A stretch of 63,365 nt of DNA, the filler included, from Basidiobolus ranarum (lineage: Eukaryota): the NCBI GenBank assembly GCA_040143965.1. It is 30 parts of 30 records of this genome, joined end to end, with 100 filler letters (N's around TTAATTAATTAA, not from the genome) between each part and the next. Parts side by side here need not be neighbours in the genome. Positions count along the whole stretch, not along the records: positions 10,618 to 12,638 come from JASJQH010010783.1; positions 12,739 to 14,758 come from JASJQH010010784.1; positions 14,859 to 16,877 come from JASJQH010010785.1; positions 16,978 to 18,995 come from JASJQH010010786.1; positions 19,096 to 21,113 come from JASJQH010010787.1; positions 21,214 to 23,231 come from JASJQH010010788.1; positions 23,332 to 25,348 come from JASJQH010010789.1; 23 more parts are not named here. The stretch is one strand, 5' to 3'. A program made the position numbers and the translations under genes. Under the pieces are notes generated by a model that made no database searches, was not told the origin of the DNA, and saw nothing but the letters and a program-made list of their open reading frames with translations. How positions within the stretch are numbered: position 1 is the stretch's first letter; every line of letters begins with the position of its first letter. This document shows, piece by piece, positions 10,760 to 23,551 of this stretch.

Positions 10760-12425
10760 CCATCAGAGAACCATCACAATATTGTTGGCTTGCATTCTGC
10801 CAGGGGTTTTGATGATGTGATGGCGGTTTCTTGACGGTATCTTGGCAGTATTCATACATGTTAACATATTGATCCTCAAATTTGGCATGTGTTATTCAAT
10901 ATCCAGCAATTTTTGCAAAAATATAATTTTTGAATGGCAAATTACTGGGTTTACTGCTGTCGGAATTTGAATTAATATGCATGCCTTTATTTAGATATTT
11001 TAGGCTTTGTATTCAAGCCATAATGAGAATCAAAAAATACAAGAATCTTGTTGTTTTTAGTCTCTACATATGCACATATTTGACTGATTAGACATAACTC
11101 AACAACATCAATATGCTTTACCAGCAAACTAACAGTAGAAAAATTCCTAAATATCTGAAATTTTGAATAGGACTGACACTTGGCATATAGCTGACTCTTG
11201 TTACCGTTCACAATGAGAATAAGCTCTTGGATTTTGGCAAATTTTTGTAAAGAATTCAGCCAATATATCCCCAACTTGCAGTCAACAAATGTCCTGCCAC
11301 AAGAAGATATGTCATTGCTTGAATAGATTACCCCATGGCTATACAAAATCTTTGCACAGTTGTTGTATCTTCCTGAGATCAGTCAATGTGCATTGATGCT
11401 GTAAGAATATATTAACAATATCCGCAAACAACTCCCAATGTTGCCAATACATATCAGGCAGAAATCTTATCAAAATTCCACTTGAATATATACAAATCCA
11501 ATACTTCCAGTCTTTGTATTTGAATAAATGCCTAGATGAGTGGATATTGATGGGAGTCCTGGTAAAATATGATGGTATCTTGATATTTTCCAGCATTTTC
11601 CCAATTGATTTAATCTTTGATTCTATCTCAAATGGCTCATTCATATTGAATTTTCCACTATATAACTGAGTAAGTAGTATAGGAATGTTGTTGAATAGTA
11701 AGTGCATAGTTCCTAATGGGAAGCTTTAGCTACAGCTGATGGCCTTTAGCAATATATTCTTAGACTTATGATTAATACCAAGTTTGATGTTGGACTGACT
11801 ATTTGGTGAATTGATATCAGTGATCATATTGAAGTCTTACTGGGACCTTGATGGTAAAATCATGAAGTTTCGTGTTATATTTGGATAGTAGTAATGCATA
11901 TGCCTGTTAGAGTAAACTCCATTCATTTGACAAAATCTACAGCAAGATAGTGCATTGTGCCTGTAAAAACCTCTACGTTTACTGAAGGCAGGAGTGTCAC
12001 CAAAACATACAAGAATATTAGCTTTAATAAAATATTCACGCATGTGAACCCCATTAGGCAACCATACAAATTCCGCAATCAAAGGCTACAAGAAGCTATC
12101 TATTAGCACTGGTGATTTAGGTCTAGATATGATGGATAGTATCAAAATATTATGACTCTTATACCATTCAGAAGGAGGGAGATTTAAGTTGATTAAAATT
12201 ATTGGCCAGCAAGCCTTTCAAATGGTATACTTCTTTAGTGAGAAGCCATCCAGAGCCAATGCAAATGCACAATCATATGCGTTCTCAAAGAAACCTTGAC
12301 TTTTCAGATTCTGGTAGTGACATCCATCAAATATATTGGTAATAACATCAGGTTTATGGTGAGTACTTTGTTATTGGATCAATGATCTATGTTTGGGAGA
12401 TTTCATCAAAACTTTAAGATGGGGA
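10760..12425 (-). mobile_element. CACTA/CMC-type transposase remnant with internal deletion
   Basis: FGDTPAFSK, CCRFCQMNG, MHLLFNNIP, FKYKDWKYWI. Confidence 0.9.
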
Positions 12426-12428
12426 ATC

Positions 12429-12638
12429 TATTGGGAAAATATGGGCTGTTTGGAGGAACTTTAGAAAAGTGGAGTTGTTAATAGCTTTGTGAGATAATTG
12501 TTTATTGACCAGAAATTAAGCATTTAAACATTTTGGTGGAAATACAGAAAACTAACACTGGGGTTGTGTTCAGAACATCTGTGGGAGTAAAATGAGCTAT
12601 CTTTGGGGCAATTTGGACGAGTTTGAAATTTCCAATAT
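12429..12638 (-). repeat. Copia LTR family B, 3' part, inserted in the transposase
   Basis: Close match to the reverse complement of 25675-25885. Confidence 0.85.
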
Positions 12639-12801
12639 NNNNNNNNNNNNNNNNNNNNNNNNNNNNNNNNNNNNNNNNNNNNTTAATTAATTAANNNNNN
12701 NNNNNNNNNNNNNNNNNNNNNNNNNNNNNNNNNNNNNNTTAATCCTCACTGATAACAGTCATCTGATCAACAGCACCAGCATCTCTTATCGTTATTTCCC
12801 C

Positions 12802-13383
12802 ATGTCTACATCTGTGCCTGTATCGCGTCCACTGTCTAACAACGCCCTCCCTAGTATACGTGAACTTTTTTCCGGGGAGGCGTGGTATTCACAGCCCTCT
12901 GAATTCCCGGACAGCACTAAACACTTTAACAACGAACATACTTTGTGCGCTGGGGAAACTAAAACTTGGAAGTTACGGAAAGTAAATGAGATTTCGAAAT
13001 ACCCGGTCTTACCAGACGACTCCATGTGCACTAGTAGGAGTCAACAATTGTATCTCCAAACCCATATATCGACCTCTATGCCCGAGTCAAAGAGTTATAA
13101 CATACTACAAGGAAACTCTACTTCTGACCGACAGAGCTCCATATCCTCTAATACCCCCAGTGAATCATCAGTTGCTGAATATATTCCAGGACAACGTAAT
13201 TATGTGGCTAAACGTCATATATGTTATATTTGCTTTAAGCGATTCCCTCGGCCAAGTTCACTGCGCATTCATCTACACACACATACAGGTGAGAAACCCT
13301 ACGAGTGTCAATATTCAGGCTGTAGGCGCAGGTTCTCCGTGCTCTCCAATCTTCGCAGACACCATAAAACTCATACAACTTAG
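12802..13383 (+). CDS. C2H2 zinc-finger transcription factor (two C-terminal fingers)
   Basis: CYICFKRFPRPSSLRIHLHTH-TGEKPY-ECQYSGCRRRFSVLSNLRRHHKTH. N-terminal LPSIREL motif. CpG is retained. Confidence 0.92.
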   Translation: MSTSVPVSRPLSNNALPSIRELFSGEAWYSQPSEFPDSTKHFNNEHTLCAGETKTWKLRKVNEISKYPVLPDDSMCTSRSQQLYLQTHISTSMPESKSYNILQGNSTSDRQSSISSNTPSESSVAEYIPGQRNYVAKRHICYICFKRFPRPSSLRIHLHTHTGEKPYECQYSGCRRRFSVLSNLRRHHKTHTT

Positions 13384-14632
13384 GATATGGTGCCAGTATA
13401 TGGCAGCATGATAAGCCCATAACCTTAGACCAACTTGCTTTGATAAGTAGTAGGACGACTGCATACCTTTTCACACCGGTTCATAGTCTCTATTCATATC
13501 ACTCACTTGCCAAGGGTAGACTACCTGGTATTTTTGGGGATATTATATAGGGATACTGTTTGCGGGCAATCCATCTACTATTCAGCCTTTCTAATTCAAG
13601 CGTAGCCTGACGAAAGAGAGAGCAATATTTCTTTGTTCCCTTTTATTGTTCATCTATTCTTTCTTTCTACTCGTTTACTTATGTGAAGTTCTGTAAATAG
13701 CACTAAAACCTGACTTCAGGTTAACTTTTAATTCTTGATCTGTAAACTTGATAAGTGCTACCAAACATTAATTGATAGCATTATAATATAGCTCTATTTC
13801 AATGTGCTTGCCTATCATCTCATTGTTGTTGCTTGCTTAAGAGAGCATTTGATTCAGTTTCCTGCACTAACATTGCAATACACCCGTTCCTCTCCTATTA
13901 AAGCCAGTAGAGAACAACAAAAAAGTCATACCTGAGGAATCAACTTCATCAAACCAACTATTACAAATATATCAATGCTAACAGCTATAGTCATGGCCAT
14001 TCCCTAGCTTCCTATCCCATTGCACCTCCCATTTGCTCATTGTTACTGCACGGATACCTTAAGAGGTGTTCTTTTCATGTGCGAACAGTAGGAAGTGGTT
14101 CAAACATAGCTGTAATAGGCGCAGACTTCATTTCGTATTTATCTCTGCTAGATATATCCACTAACATTTATGGACGACAAGAGATCTATGGAATCACAAA
14201 CAATTGCGTTCACTTCTTCAGAAAGTGTTTTGGCATTGCTTGTATTCATTTGTAATGTATCAGATCGTTTAACTATTGATTCATCAGAGAGCTGAACTCT
14301 TCTTACTATACTTGGATACCACAGTGTGCGAAACTAAAGCAGCCAACTGACAGTTGGTTATATATATTTCACAAGTGTGATGACGCTTACTCCTGCCCAA
14401 AGGAGAAGACGATGATTTTCAATAGCCTGAACTGGAGTAAACTTAAAATTTGCCTATTTAAAGCGTATTTGGTACACTCAGGACCATATTTATTCTGGAA
14501 TTAACTGACCATCTACTTTGCCATTCCGGAATAAAAATGGAACGTAGAAAATTTTTGGTGCATTAGATTTTATCAACCCGAAGCTCTCTCTGTTCTATGT
14601 TGAACTTTGATTAAACATTTTCCGTTCCAAGT

Positions 14633-14731
14633 ATGCGACAGAACTTCATTGGTATGGTGGTGGGAACTGCCATGAGAAAGACCGTTAAAGTCCGCGTGCC
14701 TCGTCATATTCCTCACCCGGTAGTCAAGAAG
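14633..14731 (+). CDS. MRPS17: Mitochondrial ribosomal protein uS17m, exon 1
   Basis: Manual translation MRQNFIGMVVGTAMRKTVKVRVPRHIPHPVVKK, followed by the donor GTAAGT at 14732. Matches the S17 N-terminus. Confidence 0.88.
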
Positions 14732-15237
14732 GTAAGTGTCTATTTCAATACTCCATTGNNNNNNNNNNNNNNNNNNNNNNNNNNNNNNNNNNNNNNNNNN
14801 NNTTAATTAATTAANNNNNNNNNNNNNNNNNNNNNNNNNNNNNNNNNNNNNNNNNNNNTCTTAGTACATGGTGAGTAAACAAGCAGCCAAACAGAGATAT
14901 TCATTAATATGTTTTCCTTTGAATAAAATATATGTACATATTCACATAGTTGTGAAAACTTGAGTTGAGCAAGTGGTCTAATTGGTGGCCTGGTTTAATA
15001 GTGGACTTGTTCTCTGTGATAGTGCCAGATTGTGCTGTATATATCATATTGGATAAATTATTCTAAAATTTATGCAGCACAATTTAACACTATCCATCAC
15101 CCTCTGGCATGATCAATTTCAATCACATTTACTCTAATATATTGAATCAAGGTCCAATAAATCCTGGCACAATGGAACAAGTCCAGTTAACATGCCATTT
15201 GTCTTCCTTATTCTTACAGATATCAGATGGCTGCCTC

Positions 15238-15641
15238 TGTTGAAGTTAGCATTGCCTATATGCCTATAAAGTAACATATAGCTTAGTGTTTAGTTTGTTC
15301 AAATTAGCAGTACCTAAGCACCTATATAGTGATATATAGCTTAGTTTTTAGTGATCCTATAATTCAATAAGATATTACCCATTATTTGGAATTGGAATTT
15401 ACTTGTATTATTTTTACTAACTTAGAAGTTCTCAGATATATGAGTTTTCAAACTTGTATTAGAAGCCTCAAGCTTTACACCCATGTTCCTGGGACCTCTC
15501 TTAGCACATTCTACACATTGGTTTATATACATCTTGACAAAATGATAAATATCAGCTCTCAACTGAAACAACCAATAGGTGACAACCATGTATTTCTAGA
15601 GTTCTCCAAATCATTGCAACAGGGTCCCAAATACTTTAACA
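15238..15641 (+). mobile_element. Solo copia LTR (family A) with 5-bp target-site duplication GCCTC
   Basis: TGTTGAAG...TACTTTAACA, flanked by GCCTC at 15233-15237 and 15642-15646. The first ~58 bp are duplicated internally. Confidence 0.9.
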
Positions 15642-16665
15642 GCCTCCAGCTTGCTATACTTGACTCAAAAAATCAGTGATAGTAATAAAAGCTAAGAGCT
15701 TGTAATAGTAATATGAAAAAGTAGTCAACTCAAAAGTTGATTTGCAAGGCAGAATATATCTAAATGAAAGGTAAACCACAGGGAGTAATGGAATCAGTTC
15801 CATACAATCAAGAATTATTCCTTGGTATCTGATACAGCTTAATACTAAATATAAGTTGATTTTTGATGTAAGCTTATAAAAAAGTGACTCAGATATAGGT
15901 TAATATTTATATCCACAACTACACCTTAAGTAGTAGCTAAGTGGGTTCCCATCCCCAAATGCCATGAGCAACCAGGAAGCCTGTGGCATCCTCTTGCGCA
16001 TGCTTCAAAGTTCCTCAAACAATAACTACTCCCAATTCACAGGTCTCACTACCATGGCTGATTATCATATTTACTGTAAAGTCAATCAATAAAGTTGGTC
16101 GAGGGTATTCAACACGTAGAAATCGTGGCCCAGTGAAGTAACACAACCCGCCTCCTCAGCATGTGTCCGATGGACCAAGAGCGATCCTGGAAGTCACCTC
16201 TGTTCGCCTTCCCATCACCACTAAATTTCGCGTTGATTGTTTATACATTTCATCCAACCCTCACATCCCACATCATTGTTGACACTCGCGTTAATTGATT
16301 TATGGATGTTCTATGCATTTATACACGTCTTTCTCAGACTGGCCGACCTATGACTCGGCTATGATCCCTGCCATATAGGAATTCACTACCATCTCATGGC
16401 ATGGCGTTACACTCTCTGGTCCCAAATCCCCCTGCAGTGGGAGTCTTCCACATGGGTCAGTTAACAGGCCATGAGTGGTCCTTTAGAGTTGTGGCTGTCT
16501 CCTCACTGTAGGCGACTTCCACTTGGCCTGAGGAATAAGTATACAATTGTGAATTGAGCGGGAAACACTTAGGGTAATTAGAGATGCACACTGAGTGCGG
16601 CTTTATTGTTGACTATCAAAAGACCCTTCAAAGGCACCTTCAGAAGGTAGAGGAAATGGGGTGGC

Positions 16666-16833
16666 TTAATATCTCTTGGGGCCAGGTAGTTCTAAACGAC
16701 GATGGATTCGCTCAAGGATCTCCAAGAAGTCGGGCTCATTGCTACTGGTGATATGCCCATGACGGATCAAAAAGTCAATGATAACTAAGGCACAGTTGGG
16801 CTTGAATTCACCGGCTTCAACATGCTTCCGAAC
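16666..16833 (-). CDS. Nudix hydrolase (YJR142W/Tnr3 N-domain-like), last exon
   Basis: Manual translation after a TAG acceptor: VRKHVEAGEFKPNCALVIIDFLIRHGHITSSNEPDFLEILERIHRRLELPGPKRY*. GEFKPNC..V..DF.IRHG is characteristic of this family. Confidence 0.85.
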   Translation of the reverse strand, partial: VRKHVEAGEFKPNCALVIIDFLIRHGHITSSNEPDFLEILERIHRRLELPGPKRY

Positions 16834-18248
16834 CTACTTTACACGTTAACATCCTATCTACTCAATAATTCAATCTANNNNNNNNNNNNNNNNNNNNNNN
16901 NNNNNNNNNNNNNNNNNNNNNTTAATTAATTAANNNNNNNNNNNNNNNNNNNNNNNNNNNNNNNNNNNNNNNNNNNNTTCGTTTTAAAATTTATACCTAT
17001 AGTAGAAAAATAATAGGGGATTGTTTTCCTAAAGTTTAGTAATGATTCGTCCAGTAGTTCTGGAGATATATGCACTTCTTTTTTGGTTTCGGTGATTGCA
17101 AGACGTGTGGGAAAGGTGTAGATATGAAACTGAGTGAAGGTCAAGGTTTGCTTATGCATTATGTGTGTACGAAATATTGAGTTGATTGAGACAATATATT
17201 ATCTCCAAAATTGCCATCACTTTGGTCTGATAATCCAATTTCGTAACACTGCGTTAGGGTTGAGTTCCTGAGGTGACAGTAATTTCCAAATTGAGTTTTT
17301 GATAAATTGACTGAATTATTTTCTCGATTTGTGCTATTTTATAGGGTGGATGAGGGGGAAATTGAGTGGCATTCCTGTCTGATTTAGGAGTGTTTGATTT
17401 TCGAAAACTTGTAAGTGTAACGAAGGGTTATTCTGATGTCTCGTAACTTTTGCTCCTGATGTTCGTTTTCTTTGAAGTATATACAATAGCCAGATAAGTG
17501 GTGTGAAAGTGTCATGTTCAAATGTTGTTTCACTTCGTCGACTAGTTGAGGAGATGTTTACACTTTTGTAACGTTTAGGATGATTTTGAGACGAGTAGGA
17601 GGTGAGAGGTGTTGAAAATTTATATATAATATTTGACTATAATACATTGATGAAAATATAATAATAGCTATGAACTTTGAACAACTTGATAGAGAGTCCC
17701 TACATGAAGGCGTGTTTGACATATTACCTCAAGTAGTAAAGGACGCAACGATTGCAGAGAAACAAAGATCATTTGAAAAGGGGCAAAATATGATTGATTA
17801 TGAGAGATTGAGAGCCGAAGAAGCTGAGCGCGTCGAGTATCGAGGGTGTCAAGCTATATGAGGTCAATAAAGGAGAAAGTAGTATTGAATAGACATATCT
17901 ATTTCCGGGTGGATACAATCTATATGTAGTATTAGACTTAGGGCTAGACTAGATGACTATCAGCTATGATATATTTTAGTAATGTGTGTCTCACTTGTCA
18001 GACAATATGATGCTTAATAACTTTAGGTATTTGTTTCAATATTCAATAAACCAATTTAATGCATTTTTCTCATTCATTAGGGGTAGCAAATGACTGGAGA
18101 AACAAACAAAAGTTTAGAAAGGATATTCGCCTTGATTCTACAGTTTTAGGCAAGAACGAGATAAGCTTCAAACAACTAGATTTAGCATAATTTGATGCAG
18201 AAAACTTTATTACAAACATAAATTTAATCAAAACGACATTCCAATACT

Positions 18249-18995
18249 CTAATCCCATTTACCCTCAGCTACCAACTTGGCTCTAGTTTCTTCAAACTTC
18301 TTCAAAGCCTCTCTAAGCTTCTCGGACTCAGGTGCATTCATTTTGGGAGTAGGCATTTCTTCTACGGCAGCAAATCCTTGATTAATACCACGATCTTCAG
18401 GAGGAAATTCAGCATAGCCACCATAACAGGATTGACATGATGGAGCTGATACCCATTGATTCTTTACATTGGTACAAGTATTACCACTCTTACAGTCTAG
18501 GTATGTAGCAGGGGTATGTCTATCAACATCGGAATCATCTCCGAAATCAATGTCAATTGTCCAGCAATAATTCCATAGAGCGTCTTGGATATTTTGTCTC
18601 CACAACAAATCATCTTCCCATTTAATCATGTTTCCAACGTTATTAACCGAGACACTGTGTATATAAGCGGATCCGATAGTAGAGAACCACATCAAACCTG
18701 GTGGTTGTGTGCTAAATGTTTTCCATCTATTGGTTATAGTAGCACAAGTGGCTACTACTTCTTGGTTAAAGCATACGCTATGGCCCTTATTAGCATAATC
18801 AGGAGCTGTTCCTACTCCTAAATCGAAACAAAAGGCGTCGATAAAGGTGGGGCCTGGAGTGTTAGCTGCCATTTGCATGTTTAACGCTTCAGCAATACTA
18901 GGATCTTGTATACCGTCATACAATCCTATTTCAGTATAGTAAGCATATCCAGGACTAACAAGGGGAGCACTATATTTTCCACTTCCTTTACTTCC
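18249..18995 (-). CDS. Uncharacterised Cys/Trp-rich protein, 5' truncated
   Basis: Frame is open to the contig edge (GSKGSGKYSAPLVSPGYAYYTEIGLYDG...), 248 aa with 8 Cys. No family recognised. Confidence 0.7.
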   Translation of the reverse strand, partial: GSKGSGKYSAPLVSPGYAYYTEIGLYDGIQDPSIAEALNMQMAANTPGPTFIDAFCFDLGVGTAPDYANKGHSVCFNQEVVATCATITNRWKTFSTQPPGLMWFSTIGSAYIHSVSVNNVGNMIKWEDDLLWRQNIQDALWNYCWTIDIDFGDDSDVDRHTPATYLDCKSGNTCTNVKNQWVSAPSCQSCYGGYAEFPPEDRGINQGFAAVEEMPTPKMNAPESEKLREALKKFEETRAKLVAEGKWD

Positions 18996-19095
18996 NNNNN
19001 NNNNNNNNNNNNNNNNNNNNNNNNNNNNNNNNNNNNNNNTTAATTAATTAANNNNNNNNNNNNNNNNNNNNNNNNNNNNNNNNNNNNNNNNNNNN

Positions 19096-20048
19096 ATCAA
19101 TGGAGTTTACTCTAACAGGCATATGCATTACTACTATCCAAATACAACACTAAACTTCATGATTTTACCATCAAGAGCCTGGTCAGATTTCAACATGATC
19201 ACTGATGTCAATTCACCAAATAGTCAGTCTAACATCAAACTTGGTATTGGCCATAAGCCTAAGATTATATTGCTAAAGAGGATCAGCTGGAGCCAGAGCT
19301 TCCATTAGACACCATGCAGTTACTATTCAATAACATTCCAATATTACTTACTCAGCTATATAGTGGAAAATTAAATATGAATGAGCCATCCAAGATAGGA
19401 TCAAAGTTTCAATTGATTGGGAAAATGCTTGAAAATATCAAGATACCATCATATTTTACCAGGACTCCCATGAATATCCACTCATCGAGGCGTTTATTTA
19501 AATGCAAAGACTGGAAGTATTGGATTTGTATATATTCAAGTGGAATTTTGAAAAAATTTCTGCCTGATAAGTATTGACAACATTGGGAGTTATTTGTTGA
19601 TATTGTTAATATATTCTTACGGCATCAACTCACATTGGCAGATCTCAGGCAGATAGGGCAACTGTGCAAAGATTTTGTAATTGGAAATGAAAAACTTTGT
19701 TACAGGTTTCAAGAAGATAGACTGAATCTATGCCGGTATTCAATACATTCCCTGCTGCATCTTTCACAATTCTTAGAGATTATAGGCCCTTGCTGTACAT
19801 TCTGGGAGTTCCCAATGGAGCACATCTGCAGTGAAATGATGCTCTGTGTGAAATTGTCAGTATTACTGTATGCTAATCTGATTAACAATGTATCAGCAAA
19901 ATCAGTGATGAATGTAATGCAATGGGTTAAGGAGACTCCAGACTATATTAACCTGCCAACAAAGGGCTCTTTTCAATGTGCTCATTGGTTTTTGCATTGT
20001 TTGAGCACAATAACAGCAACAAAGCCCAATCCATGGACACAGAGTAAG
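19096..20048 (+). mobile_element. CACTA/CMC-type transposase C-terminal remnant
   Basis: RLNLCRYSIHSLLHL...IIGPCCTFWEFPME, a DUF4218-like region carrying the probable catalytic E. Confidence 0.9.
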
Positions 20049-20396
20049 TGTTAAAGTATTTGGGAGCCTGTTAGAAGTGGTGTAGGGAATTAGAGGAATT
20101 GGTGGTTTTCACTTATTGATTTATTGAATAGAAAGTTGACATTTATAGTTTTGTCAAGACGTAAACAAACTAATGTGTAGAATGTGTTAAGGAAGGTCAC
20201 AGGAACATGTGTGCAAGGTTTGGGGCTTCTAGCACAAGTTTGAAAAATTTATATATCTGAGAACTTCTAAGTTGGTAACAATATTCCAAGTAAATTCCAA
20301 TTGAGAATAATTAAAAATATCTTAGTGAATTATAAGATAACTAAGTACTAAGCTATATATGACTATATAGGTGCTTAGGCAATGCTAATTTCAACA
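20049..20396 (-). repeat. Copia 3' LTR family A (348 bp)
   Basis: TGTTGAAATTAG...TACTTTAACA on the minus strand, directly after the PPT AGTTGAGGGAGAG. Interrupts the transposase at AGAGTAAG; the uninterrupted copy is at 45881. Confidence 0.92.
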
Positions 20397-20407
20397 CTCT
20401 CCCTCAA

Positions 20408-21113
20408 CTAAATAGTCATATAAACTAATCCTAATAAAGGTCTAAATTTCTCAAATTTCTGTCTAGCTAATGGTTTGGTTAATATATCAGCAATCATGTC
20501 TTCTGTAGAACAATAAGTTAAGTCAATAAACTTATTCTCTATAGTCTCTCTAATGAAGTGATGCTTAATATCTATGTGTTTGCTTCTATTATGAAACATG
20601 GGATTTTTAGCTAATTTGATACAACTTTGATTATCTTGAAATATTGTAGTTGGTGAATTTTGAGAATAACCCAAATCTGTTAAGAGTTTTCTTAACCATA
20701 TTGCTTCTTTTGTTGCTTCACAGGCAGCCATGTATTCAGCTTCTGTTGTTGAAAGTGCTACGGTAGGTTGTTTCTTTGAATTCCAAGAAATAGCTCCATT
20801 ACAGCAAAGAAATAAGTATCCTGTTGTAGATCTCCTGTCTTCAATATCTCTTCCCCAATTTGCATCTGAATATCCCATCAGATCAAAGTTTGATCCAGAA
20901 TATGTGTATTTTAAGCATAGATCCACAGTACCTTTCAAATATCTGAAAATCCGCTTAACTGCTATGATTTGATCAGATCCATAATTTTGAAGATATTGGC
21001 ACATAACTCCCACAGAATATGCAATATCTGGCCGTGTTCCAACCATGATATACATCAAACTACCAACCATAGATTGATAAGGAAATTTCTGGCTTTCATT
21101 TGAATCCAAGAAC
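20408..21113 (-). mobile_element. Ty1/copia RT C-terminus and RNase H, intact frame
   Basis: YQSMVGSLMY...TRPDIAYSV, GYSDANWG, VALSTTEAEYMA, RSKHIDIKHHFIRE, ADILTKPL. Confidence 0.97.
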
Positions 21114-21213
21114 NNNNNNNNNNNNNNNNNNNNNNNNNNNNNNNNNNNNNNNNNNNNTTAATTAATTAANNNNNNNNNNNNNNNNNNNNNNNNNNNNNNN
21201 NNNNNNNNNNNNN

Positions 21214-22250
21214 AGTCTGTGTAACTCTACATCATATTAAGCTTGGTGTAGAGTTAAACCTGATGTAAAGCATTTGAGGACCTTTGGGTGCATTGCTTAT
21301 GTCAAAATTATGACCAAAAGCAGTCTAAATTTGATCCAAAAAGTAAGAAATGCATACTTCTGGGTTATTGTACTCACACTAGGGCCTACAGACCCTATGA
21401 TACCAAAATTTTCAAGTTAATCAAGTCCAGGGATGTTTTGTTGAATGAAAATGAAACACTTTCACCCAAAATGACCTTAGATGAAAACAAAAACCAATTA
21501 TCTCCTAATTCAATAAATTCAAATTGATTCAGACCAAAACATTGAAAAAAATAGCATTCCTGTGGACCCTTCAACCATAATCTTGCCCACTGAAGTGCAC
21601 AATACAATGCATGAAGTTGTAGTACCTTGATCCCAAACCATGTGATCAAATTGGATCAGAAATAGCCCTGATTACTATATCAATTAGTCCCAAAATTGGG
21701 CCTATGCCTGCACAGCTCAAATATATGAACCCCAGACTGTAAAAGAGGCCCTGAAAGGCCCTCTCACAAAATTTTGGAGATCTGCAATGGCTGATGAGTA
21801 CCAGGTTTTGATTGATATTCACACTTTGATTTTAACCAACTTACCTGATGATGGAAAAGCAATTGGCTGTCAATGGGTTTATAAAGTTAAACACAACTCT
21901 GATGGCAATATAGAAAGATACAAGGCTAGACTAGTAGCCAAGGGCTATTCCCAAACACCGGGAATAGATTAAACAGAAACTTTTGCTCCTCTAGCAATAT
22001 TTAATTCAATTTGATTGATTTTAGCAATCTCAGATAAATATCAGTTTGTCATACATCAAATGGTTGTTGAAACTGCTTTTTTGAATGGTGAGCTTGCTGA
22101 GGAGATCTGTATGGACCAGCCAGATGGATTTGTGGACCAGATAACCCTACAAAAGTTTGCAGACTCTGTAACACACTATATGGCTTAAGACAATCTCTGA
22201 GAGCTTGGAATGGCAAGTTAGATGCTTTTTTGGAAATACTCCAATTCCAG
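21214..22250 (+). mobile_element. Ty1/copia integrase-RT remnant
   Basis: SKFDPKSKKCILLGY, YKARLVAKGYSQTPGID. Confidence 0.92.
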
Positions 22251-22251
22251 G

Positions 22252-23231
22252 TTAGTCTACCTTCTTTTAACCAGTAATAAAGTTTTTCACATCCAGTTAC
22301 AAAATCTTTGCACAGTCACTGTATCTACCTGAGATCTGCCAATGTGAGTTGATGCCATAAGAATTTATTAGCAATATCCACAAACAACTCCCAATGTTGC
22401 CAATACTTATCAGGCGAAATCTCCTCATGATTCCACTTGGATATATACAAATACCATACTTTCAGTCCTTGTATTTGAATAAAAGCCTAGATGAGTGGAT
22501 ATTGATGGGAGTCCTGGTAAAATATAACGGTATCTTGATGCTTTCCAGCATCTTGCCAATTGATTCAAACTTTGATCCTATCTCAAATGGCTCATTCATA
22601 TTGAATTTTCCACTATATCACTGAGTAAGTGGTATTGGAATGTCATTGAAGAGTAAGTGCATAGTGCCTAATGAGAAGCTCTGGCACCAGCTGAGCCCCT
22701 TTAGCAACATAATCTCAGGCTTATGGCTAATCCCAAGTTTGATGTTAGGTTGACTATTTGTGAATTGATATCAGTGAGCATGTTGAAATCTGACCAGGCT
22801 CTTGACAGGAGTGTCATCAACACATACAATGATATTATCTTTGATAAAATATTCACACATCTGAACCCCATTAGATAACCACTCAAACTCTGCAAGCAAA
22901 GGCTCCAAGAAGCTATCTATAAGCCTGGTGATTTAGATTTGGATATGATGGAGACTATCAAAATATTATGACTCCTATACCATTCAGAGGGAGGAAGATT
23001 TATGTTAATTAAAATTATTGACCAACAAGCCCTTCCAACCATGTATTTGTTTAGTAAGAAACCATCCAGAGCCAATGCAAATGCATAATTATATGTGTTC
23101 TCCAACAAACCTTGACTTTTCAGATTCTGATAGTGATATCCATCAAGTATATTGGTACTAACATCAGCGTTACAGTGAGTACTCTGGTATCAAATCAATG
23201 ATCCATATTTTGCTGATTTCATCAAAACTTT
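22252..23231 (-). mobile_element. CACTA/CMC-type transposase remnant
   Basis: FALALDGF...INLPPSEWYRSHNILIVSII. Collinear with other copies apart from a ~135-bp deletion at ~22808. Confidence 0.9.
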
Positions 23232-23332
23232 NNNNNNNNNNNNNNNNNNNNNNNNNNNNNNNNNNNNNNNNNNNNTTAATTAATTAANNNNNNNNNNNNN
23301 NNNNNNNNNNNNNNNNNNNNNNNNNNNNNNNA

Positions 23333-23551
23333 AACCCTGAGGGAGTAACAGAAATCCTTCCATCGTATACACCGAGTCCGGCTTTCAGTGGGTTGAGTAG
23401 GTTTGTACCTACTTTTATGAGATCGCAACCATCAATGGATGAACCACCAATTATTGAACCACCACCAGAGTATCAGTCTACCACTACAAGTCATATTCCG
23501 ACAGAAACACAAGTACAACTACCTCCACCAGTGTATCAGTTTGTGCGCTAA
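23333..23551 (+). CDS. C-terminus of a PY-motif (L/PPxY) protein
   Basis: Manual translation NPEGVTEILPSYTP...EPPPEYQ...LPPPVYQFVR*. Confidence 0.7.
   Translation, partial: NPEGVTEILPSYTPSPAFSGLSRFVPTFMRSQPSMDEPPIIEPPPEYQSTTTSHIPTETQVQLPPPVYQFVR

Noticed and set aside
16075-16411. Possible solo LTR (TGTAAC...TTTACA on the minus strand, with TATA-like motifs)
   Set aside because: No TSD, no second copy in the window, and CpG is retained.
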